A DNA stretch of 64,000 bases from Acetivibrionales bacterium (GTDB lineage Bacteria; Bacillota; Clostridia; Acetivibrionales; JBMNNH01): contig JBMNNH010000008.1 of NCBI GenBank assembly GCA_050953835.1, forward strand, positions 41,013 to 105,012, written 5' to 3'. The position numbers and the translations under genes are program-made. This document shows positions 59,607 to 64,000 of the stretch, piece by piece. Numbering within the stretch: the first letter of the stretch is position 1; each line of letters begins with the position of its first letter. Under the pieces are notes generated by a model that was not told the DNA's origin, made no database searches, and saw nothing but the letters and a program-made list of their open reading frames with translations.

Positions 59607-60332
59607 ATGATCAGCAACACAGAACTAATTAACCTGTTAAAGCAGGGAGCGCAAGGACTCAATATAAACATTAGCGACATACAGGCCGGCAAATTCATGC
59701 AGTATATGAGTCTTTTGAAGGAATGGAACACAAAGGTAAACCTTACAGCTATAGAAGATGAAGAAGGAATAATAATCAAGCATTTTATAGACTCACTGAC
59801 TATCCTTCCCTGCATTGAAGAAAATGCAAGTGTAATAGATATAGGAAGCGGGGCAGGCTTCCCGGGGATCCCCTTGAAAATTATGAATCCCAGTATCGAA
59901 CTTACTTTGCTGGATTCATTGGAAAAGAGAATAAAATTTTTAAATGAAGTTATCAGCAGGGTAAAACTGGACAGAGTGAATGCTGTGCACGGAAGAGCGG
60001 AAGATTTCGGTAAAGACGGCTCGTATAGGGAAAAGTTCAGTTACTCAATAGCCAGGGCTGTAGCAAACCTTCCTGTACTTCTTGAATACTGCATTCCCTT
60101 TGTAAAGATAGGCGGCTGCTTTATTGCAATGAAGGGAAGAAATACAGCCCAGGAGATTGAAGAGTCAAAGAAAGCCCTTGACGTATTTGGAGGGGAGATA
60201 ACTGAAATAAAAGAATTTATTCTCCCATACACTGATAGTAAAAGAACCATAATAATAATAAAAAAGTTACGACAAACCCCGACAAGTTATCCCAGAAAGT
60301 CAGGAAAACCATCAAAAAATCCGTTGAAATAA
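59607..60332 (+). CDS. rsmG: 16S rRNA (guanine527-N7)-methyltransferase RsmG
   Basis: WNTKVNLTAI, SAM motif DIGSGAGFPGIPLKI, ARAVA. Confidence 0.95.
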   Translation: MISNTELINLLKQGAQGLNINISDIQAGKFMQYMSLLKEWNTKVNLTAIEDEEGIIIKHFIDSLTILPCIEENASVIDIGSGAGFPGIPLKIMNPSIELTLLDSLEKRIKFLNEVISRVKLDRVNAVHGRAEDFGKDGSYREKFSYSIARAVANLPVLLEYCIPFVKIGGCFIAMKGRNTAQEIEESKKALDVFGGEITEIKEFILPYTDSKRTIIIIKKLRQTPTSYPRKSGKPSKNPLK

Positions 60333-60480
60333 TCTATATAATGCAGTAAAATAGGGCATTTGGGCGAACGATTATATCCAAAAAAAAAAGGATTTAAAAA
60401 ACCGGTGGCGAAGTAATATTATTCTAAGAAGAAAAATGTTTATGTCAATTATGAATATATTACTAAGGATGGTGATATTA

Positions 60481-61326
60481 ATGCTGGAGAGCAAAATACA
60501 CGCAGCAAAACCGGAGAAAAAGAGCAAAAAAGACTTACCTAAGGATATATCATATATAAAAATTGATAATATAAGGCCAAATCCCTACCAACCAAGAAAA
60601 CAATTCAAAAAAGGCTCACTGGAAGAACTCTGTGATTCAATAAAAGAATATGGTGTACTTCAGCCTATTAGTGTAAGAAAGATTACAAACAACAGCTATG
60701 AGCTGGTTGCTGGTGAAAGAAGGCTAAGAGCTTCAATAATGGCGGGTCTTTCTGAAATACCGGCGATAATTATAAATGTTGACGATAACGATTCAGCAGT
60801 GATGGCACTAATAGAAAATCTGCAAAGGGAAGACCTGAGCTATATGGAAGAAGCCGAAGGGTACAATAACCTGATAAGGGATCATGGTTTCACCCAGGAG
60901 GAACTGGCACAGAAAATCGGAAAAAGCCAGTCAACCATAGCAAACAAAATAAGGCTTTTGAAGCTTCCGCCAATGGTTAAAAAAATACTGGCCGACAATA
61001 ATCTGACCGAAAGGCATGCAAGGGCACTATTAAAGCTTCACGATGAACAGCTCCAGTTGAAGGTGTTGAAAAGGGTATGTGAAAGCGGTCTTAATGTAAA
61101 AAAGACCGAAGCACTGGTAGAACGGGCTATAGAAAGGTATACCAGAAGGATTAATGATCCGGTTAAAGAAAAGAAGATTTCAAGAGCCATAAAAGATATT
61201 AGAATATTTGTAAATACAATAAGGCAGGCCGTTGATTTGATGAAAAAGTCCGGAGTAAACGCAAAAGCGGTTCAGATTGACAGAGGGGAATATGTTGAGT
61301 TTATTGTAAGGGTGTCCAAGAACTAA
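60481..61326 (+). CDS. noc: ParB-family nucleoid occlusion protein Noc
   Basis: IRPNPYQPRK, LVAGERRLRAS, ALIENLQREDLSYMEEA, and an HTH (QEELAQKIGKSQSTIANKIRLL). It lies directly after rsmG. ATG at 60481 has GGTGA 6 nt upstream. The Noc versus second-ParB assignment rests on position only. Confidence 0.8.
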   Translation: MLESKIHAAKPEKKSKKDLPKDISYIKIDNIRPNPYQPRKQFKKGSLEELCDSIKEYGVLQPISVRKITNNSYELVAGERRLRASIMAGLSEIPAIIINVDDNDSAVMALIENLQREDLSYMEEAEGYNNLIRDHGFTQEELAQKIGKSQSTIANKIRLLKLPPMVKKILADNNLTERHARALLKLHDEQLQLKVLKRVCESGLNVKKTEALVERAIERYTRRINDPVKEKKISRAIKDIRIFVNTIRQAVDLMKKSGVNAKAVQIDRGEYVEFIVRVSKN

Positions 61327-61374
61327 CAGGTTTGTCAGGAGGAACAAACAGTACGTACATAAAAAAACCCCGAA

Positions 61375-61414
61375 GCAGAAACGGAACGTGGGGGACGTTC
61401 CGTTTCTGCTTTTT
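61375..61414 (+). terminator. strong Rho-independent terminator after noc
   Basis: GCAGAAACGGAACGTgggggACGTTCCGTTTCTGCttttt (15-bp stem). Confidence 0.9.
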
Positions 61415-61564
61415 CCTTTTAATTAAGTATGGGCTGATTATTTAAGTCAATACTATTATTAAAAGCGTATACAAAATGAAAAAAGTGGACAGGATGCAAA
61501 AAGTTCTATAAAATATATAATCATATGTAAATTTTATTGTACTGAAACGGAGTGTATTAAATAA

Positions 61565-64000
61565 ATGGCAGACACAGAAGCAAAACAGGCACGAATTATT
61601 CCGGTCGATATAGAAGCGGAAATGAAAAAATCCTTTATAGATTATGCAATGAGCGTAATTGCAGACAGGGCTCTCCCCGATGTAAGGGACGGCCTTAAAC
61701 CTGTGCATAGAAGAATACTGTATGCCATGTATATTAACGGCTTTACTCCGGACAAAGCATACAGAAAATGTGCCACCACTGTTGGTGAGGTTCTTGGTAA
61801 ATTCCATCCCCATGGGGATGCTGCAGTATATGACAGTCTTGTGCGTATGGCTCAGGATTTTTCCCTTCGCCATACTTTAATTGACGGGCATGGCAATTTT
61901 GGTTCCCGCGACGGGGATTCCGCAGCAGCTTACAGGTATACTGAGGCCAGGCTGGCAAAAATATCCATGGAGATGCTGTCTGATATAAACAAGGATACTG
62001 TTGATTTTAAACCTAATTTTGACGAGCGTGAAATGGAACCCGTAGTGCTTCCATCCCGTTTTCCAAATCTTCTGGTAAACGGCTCATCCGGTATAGCAGT
62101 TGGAATGGCAACAAATATTCCTCCCCACAACCTGGTTGAAACTATAGACGGTATTATTCATTCCATAGACAACCCGGACTGTACGATAGAAGAGTTAAAC
62201 CAGATAATAAAAGGCCCCGACTTCCCTACCGCAGGCACTATAGTTGGGAAAAGGGGTATAAAGGATGCTTATACTACCGGAAGAGGAAGAATAGTGGTAA
62301 GGGCAAAGGCTGAAATTGAGCAGGTAAGCAGCAACAGACAGCGCATAGTTGTTAAGGACTTGCCTTATCAGGTAAACAAGGCCAGATTGATTGAAAAAAT
62401 TGCTGATCTTGTCAAAGAAAAAAGAGTGGAAGGCATCTCAGATATAAGGGATGAATCGGACAGAAATGAAGCCGTTAGAATTGTTATCGAATTAAAAAGA
62501 GATGCTAACGGAAACATTGTTCTCAATCAGCTGTATAAACACACACAGCTCCAGGATACTTTCAATGTAAATATGCTTGCCCTTGTCCAGACCGCAGATG
62601 GAAAATTTGAACCAAAGGTGCTAAATCTGAAGCAGACTCTGGACTATTATATTGCACATCAAAAAGATGTAATAAGAAGAAGGACGCAATTTGAACTGGA
62701 CAAGGCTGAAGCCAGAGCACATATTTTGGAGGGCTTGAAGATTGCGCTGGACAACCTTGATGAGGTTATCAGAATAATCAGGAGTTCAAAAACAGAGCCC
62801 ATTGCTAAAGAAGGACTTATAGAAAGGTTTGGCCTAAGCGAAAAACAAGCCCAGGCAATAGTAGATATGAGACTGGGAAGGCTTACAGGCCTGGAGAGGG
62901 AAAAAATCGATAATGAATACAGGGAACTCCTTGAAAAGATTGCATACTATAAAGATGTCCTGGCAAATGAGTATATGGTATTAAACATCATTAAGGAAGA
63001 GCTGGAAGTAATTAAGAACAAATATGGTGATGAAAGGAGAACTGAAATCACTATTGATGAAGATGAGATTAATATTGAAGACTTGATAAAGGAAGAGGAA
63101 AGTGTTATTACACTTACTCATTTCGGGTATATAAAGAGGATTCCTGCTGACACTTACAAAATTCAAAAAAGGGGAGGAAAGGGCATTCAGGGGCTAAGCA
63201 CCCGCGAAGATGACTTTGTGGAGAATCTCTTTATAACATCAACCCATAACTATATACTCTTTTTTACAAACAAGGGAAAGGTTTACCGGCTCAAAGCTTA
63301 TCAGATACCCGAATCAGGCAGGCATGCAAAAGGTACGGCCATAGTCAATTTGCTTGAACTGGATCCCAATGAAAGTGTTACAACGGTAATACCCATTCAA
63401 GAATATAAAGAAGGACTGTATCTGGTATTAGCCACTAAAAACGGGCTGGTGAAAAAAACTGATCTTATGCAGTATGATAACATAAGAAAAGGAGGCCTTA
63501 TTGCAGTTACCCTGCGGGAAAATGATGAGCTTATCGGTGTAAGGCTGACGGATGGCACTAAGGACATAATGCTGGTAACTAGAAACGGGCTGTCAATTAG
63601 GTTCAATGAGAAGGATGTACGCCCATTAGGCAGGGTATCACAGGGAGTTCGGGGTATAAGGCTTGAAGAAGGCGATAGTGTAATAGGAATGGGTTATGTT
63701 GCGGAAGACACTACTCTCCTGGTAGTGACGGAAAACGGGTTTGGCAAAAGAACCGATGTTGATGAATATAAGCCGCAGTCAAGAGGGGGTAAAGGTGTTC
63801 TGACTTATAGGGCTACTGAAAAGACCGGAAAAATTGCCGGCATGAAAATTGTAAACGACAACGATGACGTCATGCTGATAAGCTCGGATGGCACAATCAT
63901 AAGGATGAAGGTTGATGAGATAAGTGTACTGAGCAGAGCTACACAGGGTGTAAAATTAATGAGGCAGAATGACGGCAGCAAAGTGGTTGGTGTTACCAGA
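61565..64000 (+). CDS. gyrA: DNA gyrase subunit A, N-terminal 812 codons; runs off the right edge
   Basis: Absent from the ORF track (no stop in the window). ATG at 61565. It reads MADTEAKQARIIPVDIEAEMKKSFIDYAMSVIADRALPDVRDGLKPVHRRILYAM..HPHGDAAVYDSLVRMAQDF..AAYRYTEARL (active-site Tyr context). Confidence 0.95.
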   Translation, partial: MADTEAKQARIIPVDIEAEMKKSFIDYAMSVIADRALPDVRDGLKPVHRRILYAMYINGFTPDKAYRKCATTVGEVLGKFHPHGDAAVYDSLVRMAQDFSLRHTLIDGHGNFGSRDGDSAAAYRYTEARLAKISMEMLSDINKDTVDFKPNFDEREMEPVVLPSRFPNLLVNGSSGIAVGMATNIPPHNLVETIDGIIHSIDNPDCTIEELNQIIKGPDFPTAGTIVGKRGIKDAYTTGRGRIVVRAKAEIEQVSSNRQRIVVKDLPYQVNKARLIEKIADLVKEKRVEGISDIRDESDRNEAVRIVIELKRDANGNIVLNQLYKHTQLQDTFNVNMLALVQTADGKFEPKVLNLKQTLDYYIAHQKDVIRRRTQFELDKAEARAHILEGLKIALDNLDEVIRIIRSSKTEPIAKEGLIERFGLSEKQAQAIVDMRLGRLTGLEREKIDNEYRELLEKIAYYKDVLANEYMVLNIIKEELEVIKNKYGDERRTEITIDEDEINIEDLIKEEESVITLTHFGYIKRIPADTYKIQKRGGKGIQGLSTREDDFVENLFITSTHNYILFFTNKGKVYRLKAYQIPESGRHAKGTAIVNLLELDPNESVTTVIPIQEYKEGLYLVLATKNGLVKKTDLMQYDNIRKGGLIAVTLRENDELIGVRLTDGTKDIMLVTRNGLSIRFNEKDVRPLGRVSQGVRGIRLEEGDSVIGMGYVAEDTTLLVVTENGFGKRTDVDEYKPQSRGGKGVLTYRATEKTGKIAGMKIVNDNDDVMLISSDGTIIRMKVDEISVLSRATQGVKLMRQNDGSKVVGVTR

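Noticed and set aside
61442-61873. 143-aa minus-strand ORF
   Set aside because: It overlaps the 5' end of gyrA on the opposite strand. The gyrA frame is unambiguous.

Overview
This window is the replication-origin region of a low-GC, endospore-forming, Clostridia-type chromosome. All calls rest on manual reading and recalled family motifs; no searches were run.

- **Origin core (42.3-64 kb):** tRNA-Ser x2, serS, a DUF4446 gene, parB, parA, gyrB, remB, recF, yaaA, dnaN and dnaA lie on the minus strand. rpmH, rnpA, yidD, yidC, jag, mnmE, mnmG, rsmG, noc and gyrA lie on the plus strand. DnaA-box clusters sit on both sides of dnaA, a DnaA-trio-like run lies next to dnaN, and two perfect parS sites bracket parAB. 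gyrA sits next to noc and parAB next to gyrB, which fits an origin-spanning inversion.
- **Housekeeping and sporulation block (22-42 kb):** dnaD-like and dnaI-like genes, ypeB, sleB, an SbcCD-like pair, acpS, pspA, ispE, a LysM morphogenetic protein, veg, a truncated yabG, a cotS-family gene, bofA, yaaL and a VanW protein.
- **Left 6.6 kb:** the 5' part of a bacterial-microcompartment operon. It has two DeoC aldolases carrying encapsulation-peptide-like N-termini, three sugar or sugar-phosphate dehydrogenases, three tandem BMC-P (pentamer) genes and an acylating aldehyde dehydrogenase that runs off the edge. It is driven by two near-consensus promoters that share an operator-like motif. I rate this the best candidate for an uncharacterised system, although it is only partly in view.
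- **Island (8.6-21.5 kb):** a degraded tRNA-Arg-associated island bounded by a perfect 108-bp direct repeat. It carries an MqsR-like toxin with a Zn-ribbon/HTH/Panacea-domain antitoxin, nested IS21 copies, an IS3 with an unusual internal hairpin, and secreted SLH and CARDB-like genes, one of them broken.
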